Assembly: GCA_964016885.1 (NCBI GenBank)
Contig: CAXHJY010000429.1
Location: forward strand, 1 to 64,000
Reading direction: 5' to 3'
Length of the DNA stretch: 64,000 bases
Origin: Eledone cirrhosa
Lineage: Eukaryota
Notes under the pieces: generated by a model
The model's input: the letters and a program-made list of their open reading frames with translations, nothing else
Told to the model about the DNA's origin: nothing
The model's database searches: none
Shown: one piece after another, positions 1 through 19,464 of the stretch
Numbering within the stretch: the stretch's first letter is position 1
Layout of the letters: the number at the start of each line of letters is the position of its first letter
Position numbers and translations under genes: made by a program

Positions 1-324
1 ATATACATATATATATATGTATATACATATATATATTTGTATATACATATATGTAAGTATATACATATATATATATATATGTATATACATATATGTATAT
101 ATATGTATATACATATATATATATATATGTATATACATATATGTATATATATGTATATACATATATATATATATATGTATATACATATATATACATATAT
201 GTATATACATATATATATATATATGTATATACTTACATATATGTATATACAAATATATATATGTATATACATATATATATATGTATATACATATATATAC
301 ATATATGTATATACATATATATAC
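1..324. repeat. Compound (TA)n/TATG/TACA microsatellite
   Basis: Direct reading. Confidence 0.95.
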
Positions 325-449
325 AACAAACTGCCTGCGTCAATTGTTAGCTGCTGAGACACTGCATCCTTTAAGACACTCATGCTTCCCGAAATACGCC
401 AAAACTACACCTGATGTACCCCTTCCATACACATGCACACATGTGTGTA

Positions 450-705
450 TCATGACTCGTGCACTTTTCATTTTACTGATGTTTGTGCATTGCCCTATGT
501 ACTGTACATGCACTTTTTTGATGAGTTGTGGTGGACCTGGGCACTGTACACAATATTTCATTATTGTTATTGTTATTATATCATGACTCATACACTGTTC
601 ATTTTCCTGACATTTGTACATTATTCTATGTACTATACATGCACCTTTGATGAGTTGTAGTGCACCTGAACACTGTACACAACAATATCATTATTATTAT
701 TATTA
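450..705. repeat. Two degenerate direct copies of a ~130-bp unit
   Basis: catgactc...tacatgcac...tgatgagttgt...cactgtacacaa occurs twice. Confidence 0.6.
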
Positions 706-747
706 TATATATATATATGTATATACATACATATATGTATATACATA

Positions 748-5100
<4,353 letters not shown>

Positions 5101-5490
5101 ATATATATATGAATGTATATATAGTGTATGTTGCAATACACGCTATGCTTAATTAAAAGCATTTTGAAGACCTTACGCTATTGTTTTAGAGTAGTGACAG
5201 TTTCACTTACTTTAAATTTTCAGCAAACAGGGGGAGATAAAGCTGACAGAGCTCTGTTTCGTACTTTTTGGTACTCCACCTGTCTGCTGAAAATCATGAG
5301 TGTTTGATTCTTATAGAATTCTAGTAATAATCAGGAACTGATTATACAGAGCAGTTGCCGGTCAAGCAGAAAATATTTAAAGTAATTGAGACTGTCACTA
5401 CTCTAAAACAATAGCGTAAGGTCTTCGAAATGCTTTTAATTAAGCTTACAGTGTATTGCAAAATACACTATATATACATTCATATATATA
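5101..5490. mobile_element. Fold-back element (~115-bp inverted ends); second copy at 14319-14660
   Basis: 5101-5215 is the reverse complement of 5376-5490; interior matches 14370-14560 on the opposite strand. Confidence 0.8.
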
Positions 5491-5554
5491 TTGCTATTTC
5501 AGAGCACCAATTCTAATATATATATATATATATATAGACATATTTATATATATC

Positions 5555-5715
5555 TGGTAGAGAATGTTGAGAAGCCAGAGGAGATTACTAATGTAGGGGG
5601 GAAGCCGCTAGAATTGGTTGAGGACTTCCTGTATTTGGGAGCAAAGATTGGGAATACGGAAGATGATGTGGTTGGGAGGAATAGCAAAGCCTGGGCGGCG
5701 TGCCACATCTTGAAA
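5555..5715 (+). mobile_element. RTE/RTE-X-like LINE fragment (LELVEDFLYLG...KAWAACH)
   Basis: Post-RT motif; overlaps in sequence with the family at 47394. Confidence 0.75.
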
Positions 5716-6106
5716 GTTTATTGTATTTGTCGTTCATTTGAAAAAACTAAGAGTTTTAATTAGAACTTCTTTTGTAATGCTTGAATGGAATACAGTCTTG
5801 TACCAGACCATTTTACGCCTTCTAATGTGCTATGAAGCATTAAATCCGGGTAGATATTCTTATAAAATGCTGTTCCTAACGACTGCATTTAACTAACATA
5901 TTATTTCAAACATTTGCTCTACGATACAAATAGAGAAATGTTTACTTTCTTAGTGATCATCATTATCATCATCGTTTAACGTCCATCTTCCACGCTAGCA
6001 TGGGTTAGACGGGGCCCGTGTTGTTTTCTTGTTCATGATATATCTAAATACAATATTTTCTAAACTTTCGTCCAACTCTACAGTTTCTTTCATGTTGCTA
6101 TACTTG

Positions 6107-6165
<59 letters not shown>

Positions 6166-6299
6166 ATAGGGAGAAAAAGACGATTATTAGGAAGAAAAAA
6201 ATATTTTTTTCCTTTTATTTTTTTCTGGGTTAGAAAATGTTTAAAACAAAATATTTTACTTTCTGTGAAGTGTTAAGGTATTAGTTAATTAATTTATTA

Positions 6300-7940
6300 A
6301 TTAACAATGGCATTTATCTATTTATTTATATATTTAATAATTGTCTATTACCGGTTTCAGCATTTTGTGCATTATCAAGGGAGGGAATTTGTATTGGTGT
6401 AAAATGTTGGTGATGTTGAATATGTTAAGGAAATGAGGAAGAAAGAATAATATTATTTACAAACAAAGTTTTTGAAGTGAAAAGAAAAAAGAAAAAAAAA
6501 GGGGGTGATGTGGAACATGATAAGGTAATGGGAAAGAAAAAATAATATTATTTACAGGCATAGTTCTTGAGGATAAGCAGTTTAAAATGTGTTATTATGG
6601 CAAGAGCGCTTAGTTGATCCATGATGGAGGCAAATGGTAGTCTGATGTTTGATATGATTTCCCTTTTTAGAGAGTTAATATGCAGGGGGAGGTAATTCAG
6701 GGCGGTCAGTTAGGGGAGAGAGAAATGAGAGGGGGTAATTCATTCATATACGAAAAAGGATTAGGTAGGGTGTAGGGAGGTAACTCTTTAGAGAAGATTT
6801 GTTTTTGGTTCATTGTTCGTTCCAGTTTAGTCCGAAGTTTAGTCCATTAAGTAGAGGGTGGAATTTGTTAATGAAGTACGTTTCCTTATTAGTACGATGG
6901 ATGAAAGAGTCGTTGTCTATGAATTTGTAAATGGGGAAAATTTTAATGTTTGGATGTTGGTTAGGTGTACAATTGGTGATATGTTCACTAAAAGCAATCT
7001 TTCTGTATTCCTGTATTTTGATTTGTGATCTATGGACGGTCATACGTTGTCGGAGGTTGTTTTTTGTCTGTCCTATTTAGTGCTCTTGACAACCTGAGCA
7101 GGTCAAAACATAGATTAGGTTTTCAGATGCACATGTAAAGTTGTATTTAATTGTGAAGTGTTGTCCTTGTTTAAAATGGAATGTTGAACCTTCTATTAGA
7201 TTTATGCATATACCGCAGTTGGGCCTTCCGCATTTTTTTTACTGTAGGGTTCATTGGGAGGGTTGGTTGGATTTTGGCTTGTGTGAGGATGTTTTTTATG
7301 GATTTAGGTTGTCTTTTGCTCTTTATGATGTTGTGTGTTTGGAGGGTTTTGTTCATTCTTGGGTCTCTTTTTAGTAAAGGAATGTTCTGGAGGATGGTGT
7401 CGAATGCCTCATTGTTGAGGGGGTTGTGTGTGGAGATGTATGGTAGAGTTTTCTGTTGCGGTTCATTCCTGGGTTTAGGGTGTCTGAGTTCCTGGTTGTT
7501 GAGTTTTAGGACACGTTGGAATCCATTGTTGATTAGGGATGGTGGATAGTTTCTGCTGATAAGTGTGTTCTTTAATTCTTCTAGTCGTGTGTAGCATGTG
7601 TATTTATCTGAAACTATTGTGCAGATCCTTCTGGCTAGGTTATAAGGAATTGCTATTTTGGTATGGCAAGGGTGGCACGAGTTGAATGGAAGATATTGTT
7701 TGGAGTCTGTGGGTTTGTAGTATATGTCTGTTTCTATTTTGTTTGTTTTCTTGATGAGGATGTCGAGGAAAGGGAGTTGTTCATGGCTGTAATCCATTGT
7801 GAATTGTAAGTTTATGTTGAGTCCATTTAGAAGGGTTTTAAACTCAATCAGTCTTTCTATACTTTCATGCCAATAGATGAAGCAGTCGTCCAGATATCTC
7901 TTCCAGTATTTTTCTATGAGTAGGTAGAAGTGGTTACCGT
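6300..7940 (-). mobile_element. Penelope-like element, decayed: RT C-terminus (RYLDD, FLD, YKPT) plus GIY-YIG endonuclease and 3' flank
   Basis: ORF 7171-7953 motifs; YIG codon mutated to TAA near 7078; frameshift near the poly-T at 7233-7240. Confidence 0.88.
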
Positions 7941-8551
7941 TACATACACACACATATATATATTAATTCTTACGGTAATAGTCATCTATCTATCTATCTT
8001 TCTCTCTGTCACTCTCTCTCTCTATCTATCTATCTATCAATCTGCCTGTCTGTCTCTCTCAATCTCTCGATCTATATAATCTATATATGTCTACCATATG
8101 TTATCGATCTGTCGCTCCACGTGTGATTGTCACCAACTGTCTATCCACACAAGAAGGTCACATAAACTTACATCGGATTTTTTTTAATAGTTTCAACTCT
8201 TTTTATCTTTTCTTCTTTCTTTCTCTCTCACTCATACAGACACACACATACTTATATATACACAGTCAGACATGCATACAGACAGACAGACACACAGTAC
8301 ACGGACACATGCATACATATATATACACACACAGACAGACACACAGAGATAGACACATACATATATATACACACATACATACATACACACATACATACAT
8401 ACATATATACATACAAACATACATACACATATATATACATAATACATACATACACATATACATACATACATACACATATATATACATACATACATACATA
8501 CATATATATATACACACACACACATGCATACATATATATATATATACATAC

Positions 8552-9160
8552 ATGGTGGCTGCCAACTCGTTTTCGAGTACGGCCACTACTTTATATCCAT
8601 GTAGGAGAACCCCTACCGATGCGCTGAACAAGTGTGACTTTTTAGTCCAGCCAGCGACTTGAAAACTCTGGTACAAACACTATACTTTTGACAATTACTG
8701 ACACATAGTGCTGGGCCCATGGTACCATGTGACGACAAGTGAAGAGAGATCTCCAGATATAAAGCAATGCCTGTGCCGTGAAGCTTTTATAGTGAGCAAA
8801 GGCACTGCACAAAGCCAGTCCCACTCTCTTAACCAAGATGATATTTACCAAAAAGAAGAACAAATCAACATCATTGGATACCATCAGGGTTGCAGGTGTT
8901 ATATCAGAGTTTTCCTTCTCCTAGAATTCTGCCTTGACAAAGGCTAAGGGGTCATCTCTCCCGGAGATTTTGGATGGCCATTGACTCTTAAGAGCTCCTT
9001 TGCCCTTTGACAGGTTTTGTTTTCAGTCCTGCAGGATGTCCAAAGTCACCCTCCTCACCAAGAAACCTTGGTGGGGTTGCCAGTTTAGTCGCCAACGACC
9101 CGACAATGGGACAGGTTGTACTGGAATACATGTTACCAGTAGCACCAACTGGTAACCTGG
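8552..9160 (-). mobile_element. ~610-bp non-coding retroposon with RTE 5'UTR-like motif and (TATG)n tail; truncated copy 9186-9517, full copy 53968-54576
   Basis: Three near-identical copies sharing one end; aggagaaggaaaactctga on the minus strand. Confidence 0.75.
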
Positions 9161-10458
9161 CATACATACATACATACATACATACATGGTGGCTGCCAAC
9201 TCGTCTTCGAGTACGGCCACTACTTTATATCCATGTAGGAGAACTCCTACCGATGCGTTGAACGAGTGTGACTTTTTAGTCCAGCCAGCGACTTGAAAAC
9301 TCTGGTACAAACACTACACTTGTGACAATTATTGACACACAGTGCTGGGCCCATGGTACCATGTGACGACAAGTGCAGAGAGATCTCCAGATATAAAGCA
9401 ATGCCTGTGCCGTGAAGCTTTTATAGTGAGCAAAGGCACTGCACAAAGCCAGTCCCACTCTCTTAACCAAGATGATATTTACCAAAAAGAAGAACAAGTC
9501 AACATCATTGGATACCATATACATACATATATATATATACACACATACACACATATATATACGCACATACATACATATATACGCACATACATATATATAT
9601 ATACGCACATACATACACATATATACACACATACATACATACATATATATATACACACATACATACATATATATATACACACATACATACATATATATAT
9701 ACACACATACATACATATATATATACACACATACATACATACATATATATATACATACATACATATATACACACATACATACATATATATATATATATAC
9801 ACACAAATATATGCACTCTCACATGTAGATACACACACAGTCTCTCTACTGGTCTTTCACTGTTGGAAGGTCAAATTTGATGCCATTGTATCAATATTTT
9901 CATCCAACAGATCGATAATTACATCAATATGTATATAATTACAGTGTACATAGTCATGTGTGTACAGTGTGTATAATTAAATTGTATATACTTTTGTGTA
10001 TAGAAACATGTGTGTATAATTACAGTGTATATAATTATATGCTACACATGTATAGAATGTTTTTTTTTTAATCTTCATTCGATTATTGATTTTATTTTTA
10101 ATGGATTAACTGTGGAGGGGGGGGGGTCTTTAGGGATTGAACCAGAAGCTGGGTATTGATGGTGATGGTAGTGGTGATGGTGATGGTGTTGATGGTGGTG
10201 GTGATGGTGGTGTTGATGGTGGTGGTGGTGGTAGTGGTGATGGTGATGTTTTGTTGTATAACATGTATTACATGTACACTACACCATCACCAGCAACACC
10301 CCCACCATCATTACCACCAGACACCCCACCACCATCAACAACAACAATCACACTAGGAACTATTTTCTGTCTGTATAGCAACTGGAGACTTAATCCACAT
10401 TTTACAGGACAAGCCATGTCTTAATTACTGGTGAGAATCTTTATCTAATTAGATGTTG

Positions 10459-10502
<44 letters not shown>

Positions 10503-11293
10503 ATTATATATATATATACATATGAATATATATATATATGTATATATAATTATATCTTGCAGTTATATGACAGCTGTGTAATTATTTTTACATTATTAAT
10601 TATATAGAATAATATGTGTATATACATGTATACATATGTATATATATATATAATACATACATACAGTAACGGACTGGCTAGGTTGACCAATGGCAAGTGG
10701 GCCCCAGAGGGCCCACTGTAGTATTTTAGGGACCAATGCTTAGCTTTAAAAAAATACCTAAAGTCTAAGAGAAAGAATACATTTAAAAAAAAAAATAAAT
10801 TAAACAATTAAGCAAAGCATTTGGTCAACGACATCACATCGTTTTGTTTTGAAAATTTTGAAAGTAGGTTTATAAGTATGAATTTTCTGTAGATTTTCGT
10901 AGTTGGCCTAGCCACGGTGACCCTGACCACCAGGGCAAGTGCCCTCTCCCAGTTTTCCACCTCCAATCTACAGGCGCATATTCAGAGCAGGCCCATTCAC
11001 TCGAGCCATGCTCACCTCTCTCATCCATCTTTCAAATTAAATAACTAGGCTTGCCAATCAAGCTCTAGCTATTTAGCTATTTGACTATCGAACTAACTTG
11101 CTATGTTGGCAAATAGTACCGTTTATGATTAGATGGAGAGAATCTAAGCTGGATTAAAAACACAAGAAAAAGACTTCCGACTCGGCGGCAAAAAGAGAGA
11201 AACAGATATTCCCTATTGTTGTCGTTCGTATATTTAATGATATACTGGCTCAAGTGAATACCTGATATGTATGTATATATATACTGCACACAC

Positions 11294-11833
<540 letters not shown>

Positions 11834-12625
11834 ATAATGTCCACCTTGTGATAGCCCGAGGCAATATGGCAGAGTAAAGGAAACACCTTAGAAAGGTGTT
11901 GTTATATTTAACGTAAGTTCTAACAGGTTCTTCTTCTTTGTAGCTGTTCTATTCCCTGATAATGATGATAATAGTGGTGGGGATTTTATTTATAGTCCTT
12001 TACTATTAGTATAATCCCCCCATTACCATCATCATCATTATTATCATATTATATTATATTATATTATTACACACACACACACTGACACACACACACACAC
12101 ATATATACACACACACATATATACACATACAGACACTATTTTCATCCTGGGTGGTCATAATGTTTTTCTTGATGTTAACCTTTTGTGGTTTATAAAGAAA
12201 TTGAGGGATCACAGCTGCGATATTACAGACATGTCGTTAGAATGTCTCAGGAAAGTTTAGGGAAAGAATTGCTGGACATATTTTACAGATAAAACCAACT
12301 GGCAGAAGACCCCACTGAGCAAGATGGTTGAATAACAACTATGGGCTTGGGTGGTCTCGTTTGGGGATCCAACCAGATCAATTGGAGATCAATTGGAGAT
12401 AGTCACTTCTGACAGGACCCCCGAGAAGGTGTGTCTGAGGACTATGTGATGATTTCGGGTAAATAATAAAGTTAATATAATATAATATAATATAATATAT
12501 GTAGTAAAACATTGATGTAATTCAATTCTATCATTCAACGTGCATTTTCCACATTGGAATGAAGGAGTATTTTTAGAGTAAGGAAATACAAACTAGTTTA
12601 GATGTTAAAGTCCTTTATTGATAAG

Positions 12626-12703
12626 GCCATGATACATATTTCGATGACAACAGTGGCCAAACGGTTCCGCGTAGTACCCAGTGCCATGATCTCATCAGAC
12701 AGC
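12626..12703 (-). ncRNA. Type I hammerhead ribozyme motif
   Basis: gctgt-CTGATGA-gat...atc-GAAA-tatgta-TC-atggc; stem I closes with G-U pairs. Confidence 0.6.
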
Positions 12704-13684
12704 TTCATAATAAGGTTGCAATCAGGAGGTAATCCAAAATTGAAGTGACAGGGGAACGGACAAACACGATGTTCATGAGCGAATGTCCGTTCCCCTGAGA
12801 AATGCAATATTCATACTTATATATTGGTTCTAAGGTGTTAATATATGAATATTTCACTTCTCAAGCTGTACATTGATGGAGTTTATGTATTATCTGTTCC
12901 TAATGTCATTCTGCGTGAAATATTACCTTGAAGTGTTTTAATAAACTCTGAAGATACCTATGCTGAATTACAAATCAGGAGTTATATTATAAGATAGAGT
13001 TACGCCCCTTTACGCTCTGAGTTCAAATCCCGCCGGGGTCGATAAAATAAAGTACCAGTAATGCATTGGGATAATTGCTGGCCTTGAGCCAAAAAGTAGA
13101 AACAATTATAACTCACTGTACGTAGCTCAAAACAGGAAGAAACGATTGTCACTTTACAAATGCTTTAAATCTTTGGTGTTATTTAAACCTTTATTTTATA
13201 ACAGCTCTGCACGAACTATAAATCAACCTATAAATTAGTTTTACTACTCTCATTAATATTATAACTATAATATTAATACTACTATTATATATATATATAT
13301 GTGTATGTGTATGTATGTATGTATGTGTGTGTATTGAGTATGATGTGGCAGTGTTCAGACTTAGAGATTAAAAATGCACAACATACACCACATGTCACAA
13401 CGGTGCCCTTTCTCCAGCCCCGTCTCCATCAGGTGTTATGGGCTCCCGGTTTATAAGTATGAAACATTACCTGCCCCTTTAATTCCAGCCAGGTAGGACG
13501 ACACCCTTCTCCTTACTTTCCCCAGATCTTACATTTCCTTTCAGGTGACACAATTTACGTGTCCACACACCTGCTTATCATATTACTTAATTTCTCTCTC
13601 TCTCTCTTTCATTCTTTCTTACCTTCACGCTATCTGTGACTTTATCTATTTATCTTTCTCAGCCGTCGGGGTCCTGACTCTTTT

Positions 13685-13739
<55 letters not shown>

Positions 13740-13797
13740 ACACACTCACATACATGCACACAAACCTGCATATAAGCCTACACACATACACACGCAT

Positions 13798-13850
<53 letters not shown>

Positions 13851-14093
13851 TATGCCTAAATAAATACACAGAGACCAAAGATATATAAACATCTATTGAA
13901 ACAAATGTATATCGACTGCATTGACGGTAGAAACCAAAAAGGAGCTAATATCACGATTTATCTACTTCCGGTCACATGACAACTGTCTGAGATAAATGGT
14001 GTTTGCTGTGTCGTCCCATAAATGGACATTTCAGACATGAAAGGAATAATGGGGGGGGGGGGGGGGGGTTCTGTTCACGCACGTGTGTGTGTG

Positions 14094-14128
<35 letters not shown>

Positions 14129-14134
14129 GTGCGC

Positions 14135-14245
<111 letters not shown>

Positions 14246-14318
14246 CATATATATATATATACATACATACATATATATACATTCATACATACATATATAT
14301 TAGAATTGGTGCTCTGAA

Positions 14319-14660
14319 ATATATGAATGTATATATAGTGTATTTTTCAATACACTTTATGCTTAATTAAATTTCTGCTTGACCGGCAACCGCTTTGTAT
14401 AATCAGTTCCTGATTATTTACTAGAATTCTATAAGAACCAAACATCCATGATTTCAGCAAACAGGAGGAGTAGTTGGCTTTGATAAGCATCAATAAATGC
14501 GAAACAAGGCCTTGTCAGCTTTATCTCCCTCTGTTTGCTGAAATTAAAGTAAGTGAGTCTGTCACTACTCTAAAACAATAGCATAAGGTCTTCGAAATGC
14601 TTATAATTAAGCATACAGTGTATTGCAAAATACACTATATATACATTAATATACATATAT
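14319..14660 (+). mobile_element. Second copy of the 5101 family with a shorter inverted end and a degenerate hammerhead (14476-14520)
   Basis: ggct-TTGATAA-gcat caataa atgc-GAAAC-aaggcctt-GTC-agct. Confidence 0.75.
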
Positions 14661-15233
14661 ATAAATACATATATATATATAATCAAGGTTTAGCAAATAG
14701 AGAAAAAATTTTAAAATAAATTTTAAAAAGTTTACTGTACTTACTATATTTACCCTTACCGCGCGGTTTCAATTCTCAAAATAAATGGATAATCCATGCG
14801 GAACACCACTCTATCTCAAAATTATTTTTGAAAAGCATTTAGAAATGCGCTACCAGTAAAAACTTAAAACCACAACTGAATACTAACCCATACAATCACT
14901 AATACTCTTTTATTCCTAATTAAACCGTTTTTCAACTGTGAACAATTTGTCAGCATTTTCTATTCCGTTTACCAATATATAATAACTTGTGTGTTACACC
15001 TCTATTCTTTTAACTATATATATATATATATATTTGTATATATATATATATATATGTATATATTTATATATATATATATGTATATATATAAATATGTGTA
15101 TATATATATATGTATATATTTATATATATATATGTATATATATAAATGTGTATATATATATATACAGTATATATATATATGTTTATATATATGTATATAT
15201 TTATATGTTTATATATATGTATATATTTATATG

Positions 15234-15285
<52 letters not shown>

Positions 15286-15479
15286 TTCAAGAGTAACCAA
15301 TCTTAAAGAGAGAGATGGAGATAGGCGAGGAGAGATTGGTGAATTAGATAGCAGCCAAAGTGTAAAGGCATGTACTCAATGTGCAATATGCAGTAGAAAG
15401 CAGCTAATCTTTTAATAATGTCTTCCTTGTGAAATTTGTGGTCTTGTTTTGCTTAACTAATGAATATATATATATATAT

Positions 15480-15705
15480 GTAAAAGGTAAACAGAAATAA
15501 CAGCACAATCGGTACAGTATATGGAAGGGATATATTAGGTTAACGCTTGATATAGCAAGAAGAGGGTCTTAACGTTTCGGACGCTAATCCTTCATCAGAC
15601 GAAAGAATGAGAAATAAGATAGATTGAGGGGACGGGCGGGTCGGAATTGGAAAAAATGTCTTTAGATAAAAAATAACAGGTCCATTCATGTTGACATCTC
15701 TTGTA
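15480..15705 (-). mobile_element. PLE LTR-like repeat with hammerhead core at 15566-15600; second copy 25106-25300
   Basis: CTGATGA-a-gga ttagcg tcc-GAAAC-GTTA on minus; stem I poor; the 25106 copy lies downstream of a GIY-YIG ORF. Confidence 0.7.
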
Positions 15706-15727
15706 AATGTGTGTGCATATATATATA

Positions 15728-15983
15728 TATCACAGGAAAAAAGAGACGAATGGAATTTATTGGACATATTACAATCGTTTCTCTGGCGACCAGCTCGATG
15801 TGATGATCGAACCTGACTCTGAAAATCACATCGATCGTGCCTCGAGCTGGTCACCAGAGAAACGATTGTAATATGTCCAATAAATTCCATTCGTCGCAAC
15901 ACTGATTCTCTTTTTTTTCTGTGATTCCATACTCTGCTCTATGAGAGCATCGAGTGCTCATACGGCCTACCGCATACAACACC

Positions 15984-15985
<2 letters not shown>
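15728..15985. mobile_element. Fold-back element related to 57530-57800
   Basis: gacgaatggaatttattggacatattacaatcgtttctctgg and its reverse complement; shared tgatcgaacctgactctg. Confidence 0.7.
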
Positions 15986-16033
<48 letters not shown>

Positions 16034-16422
16034 GATATTAATAAATGGAAACTATATTTATAAAACCATATTTATTCTATTATATATACTTCAAGGGTTC
16101 CAAAACTTTGGTACGCTCTCATCAGATAAAATGCAGAGCTTGTTTTATAAATATTGGCATATCCAGGAATGAGACCTTAACGGTTCAAGTTTTACCTGGA
16201 TAGTAAAAGGAAAAAGAGGAAGAGAGGAAAAAAACAAATATTTCAAATTATTAAGATGAATATGTAAATGAGGTTGAGGCATAGGGCTGAAAAAAACGTT
16301 ATTTTTAGACGCTAGGTAGATTTAAATAATTATTAGGATATATATATGTATGTATAGAAAGAAGAAAGAGAAAGAAAGAAAAGCTTGTATTTACGTGAAT
16401 TTAAAAAGATTGAAACGTTAAG

Positions 16423-16630
16423 AATTAACAGTTTGTTGGAGTGGTGGAATATAATTCCAGAATTTAAAAAATATTTTGCTAAATTAGGAGTTATATTATT
16501 ATATATATAATCAATTAGATTATATGAGGAATTAATCTAATTGATTATATATATAATAATAACTCATAATTTAGCTAAATATTTTTTAAATTCTGGAATC
16601 ATATTCCACCACTCCAACAAACAGTTAATT
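16423..16630. repeat. ~100-bp-arm palindrome
   Basis: tttgttggagtggtggaatat ... atattccaccactccaacaaa. Confidence 0.85.
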
Positions 16631-17139
16631 TTTCACCGTGTATTACCAATTGTTAGTATATATATTCAGACATAGATTTCACAGGTCATTTTGCTATAAT
16701 CACTTATTATTGAAAGCTGTAAATGTAATATGACATGCTTGGACTCAAATTGCATTTTCTGACCATTTTAGAGTGTAAAGAGATAAACTAATCACTACAA
16801 CTAAATTGACCAAATTTGCTGCCCCCGCCCATCTTAATTTAGAAATGCTTTTGTATATACACTCACACACCAAACAAAACATTTCCCACACATACTACTT
16901 ACAATACGGTAAGCATGGTGTGGGCATATGCAACAGCAATGGGATGATTTATGAATTTTAGATGGGTACACGCAGCTGAAACTCCAGACTCACATCTTAG
17001 CCATAATAAATGGTATTGAGTACTCTTTCTTCCGCCCGTCAATAACACACGGATATATATATATATTTATATATATATGTATATATATATATAGTTATAG
17101 GAATAACCAAAGAGTGCTTAGAAATACATTGTTTTATTA

Positions 17140-17184
17140 GCTAACAGTGTTTCATCCATACCCCATGGCAGGAATCATCAGAGC
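17140..17184 (-). ncRNA. Minimal type I hammerhead ribozyme motif
   Basis: gct-CTGATGA-ttcc...ggat-GAAAC-act-GTT-agc. Confidence 0.6.
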
Positions 17185-17671
17185 CTATAAACAAGAGTAT
17201 ATCAATAGTTGCATGCTCCATCGAGCTGCATCACCAGAACAAGGTTAAAGGACCAGTAGGGGGTTCCTGAAGCCAGCGCTATATGGAAAAAGACAGAATA
17301 CATGATGCACATAATGTCATAAAATGTCATAAAATGTCATAAAAAATTACATCAAAAGTTAAAAATTAAAAATTACACCAAAAATTTATCACTTAAATGG
17401 AATAATAGATGATAAAGAGGTTGGGAGAGGGTAGCAAGGAATGAGTGAAGGTATTACTCAGCATGATCAAGAACAATAAAAAAGTACAAAAATACAAAAA
17501 TACATATATACATATGATTTTACATGAAATTTCTTGATGTGAAATCATGTGTTATATCTAGGGATGGTCATGTTGCCAGTATTGTGACGAAAGAACTGTA
17601 ACGAACTAACGAATAAAGATAAAGTGAAAAAGTGAAAATCATGTCAATTCTATTCGATAAGCCTCGTTTCA

Positions 17672-17704
<33 letters not shown>

Positions 17705-17712
<8 letters not shown>

Positions 17713-19200
17713 AGATCAAAAGATGGTTAAAGGAGTTCCATGTATTTTATTATGCGCATTTCAAAAACAAACATCATCATGCAATAATATTTGTGTTTTC
17801 ATCAGATAAAACAGGAGAACATGATATGAAGGCTAAAAAACACTTGTGGATAGTGCAGTTTTAAATCAACATATGAAAAGTGGTTTTAGATTGATGTGTG
17901 ATATTGGAAAAAATATTTTATTTAGAGAGGGGGTGGTGGAAAGGATGAAAAAGGGGAGGTGATGAGAGGGAGAGATGGGTGATAGAGAGAAAGAGATAGT
18001 TTTTATAACTGAGAGAGGATATATTGTTTTACATAGAGAGGTTGAAAACCGTTGGAAGATAATGTATAAATTAAAAGAATTTGAAAATTAACGAAGGGAA
18101 GATATGTGCGAGGAAAAAATATTTTATTTAGGGAGGGGGGTGGGGTGGAAAGGATGAAAAAAGGGGGAGGAGATGAGAGTGAAGGTGGAGAGGGAGAGAT
18201 GGGTGATAGAGAGAAAGAGATAGTTTTTATAACTGAGAAAAGATATATTGTTTTACATAGAGAGGTTGAGAACCGTTGGAAGATAATGTATAAATTAAAG
18301 GAATTTGAAAATTAACGAAGGGAATTTATGTATGAAGATAGAGAGAAAAAAAAAAATAATTGTGGATGAATATTCTAACGTCAAAAAAAGTGTATGTTGA
18401 TAAGTATTGTGGCAATTTCAAAATTAACGAAGAGAAAAAATTATTAAGGTTTGTGTGTAGAAGGATTTGAGAAAAATAATGTGAAGTTAAAGTTTGTATA
18501 TTGAAGGAATTGATAATATATGCGAATAAAGAGTTAATATGTATTAAGAATGAGTTCGTTGATGGGGAGAAAAAAATAATAAATTAAGGATGAAATTGAG
18601 ATTAAAAAGTTTTATGATAGAGAGAAAAAATAATAATAATTGCGGATGAATATTCTAACGTCAAAAAAACAAATGTATATGTTATGAAGGATTTTACAAG
18701 GTGAAGATAGAAAGAGGGTAATGAGTAAACAAGTATTATAGAGTGTATAATGCCCTTTAAAGTAAGGTAGGAAGATGGGTATATTTTAAAGAGGTGTATG
18801 TATATGTGCCTTTGAGAAAAGATTCTAAATTGATAAAGAATTGAATATTAACTGTATACTTTGTGAAAAGTCCTATGGAATTTATGCAGGCAGATAGAAA
18901 ACAAATCTGTACGTCTATTTATTATAGAATCTAGGTTAGAGATAATGGTAAATTTTTCATTTAGGCAGAGATTACAGATTTTAGATAGAGAGCTGTTCAA
19001 GTATTCAAATATGTTCAAATATTATTGCATGATGATGTTTGTTTTTGAAATGCGCATAATAAAATACATGGAACTCCTTTAACCATCTTTTGATCTTATA
19101 TTATGTATACTCCAGTCCTACAAACTGTAGAGTGCTTCTTATCCGATATCTGCATTGCTTTATTGTACTACAATAAAACTCACCACCTACATTATATATA
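17705..19200 (-). mobile_element. 5'-truncated Penelope-like element: endonuclease C-terminus (18848-19000, KICNLCLNEKFTII...NRRTDLFSICLH), 3' LTR-like end and inverted partial LTR
   Basis: CxLCxxEK...NxR...CxH PLE C-terminal motif on minus; about 17705-17793 is inverted at 19017-19104; internal ~210-bp direct duplication at 17907-18325. Confidence 0.8.
17745..17811 (-). ncRNA. Type I hammerhead with palindromic stem/loop III
   Basis: ttttat-CTGATGA-aaac...tttt-GAAA-TGCGCA-TA-ataaaa. Confidence 0.7.
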
Positions 19201-19426
19201 TATATATATATATTCATTTATTTTGTTTGACCTGTTTAGCTTGATTTGTTTTTTGGCTTAGGTGGTTAATGCCTTCTTAACCACTTTTTCAGTTTGTATG
19301 GCGTTTTAACATATTGTTTAGCTCTGTTTTTTTTTTAACTATTGAGCACTTGCCAGCATTTCTACGATTTTGCGTTTCGTTTCGCTTTTTCTACCAGCCG
19401 AAATACGATTCTCGATGAATTATATT

Positions 19427-19464
<38 letters not shown>

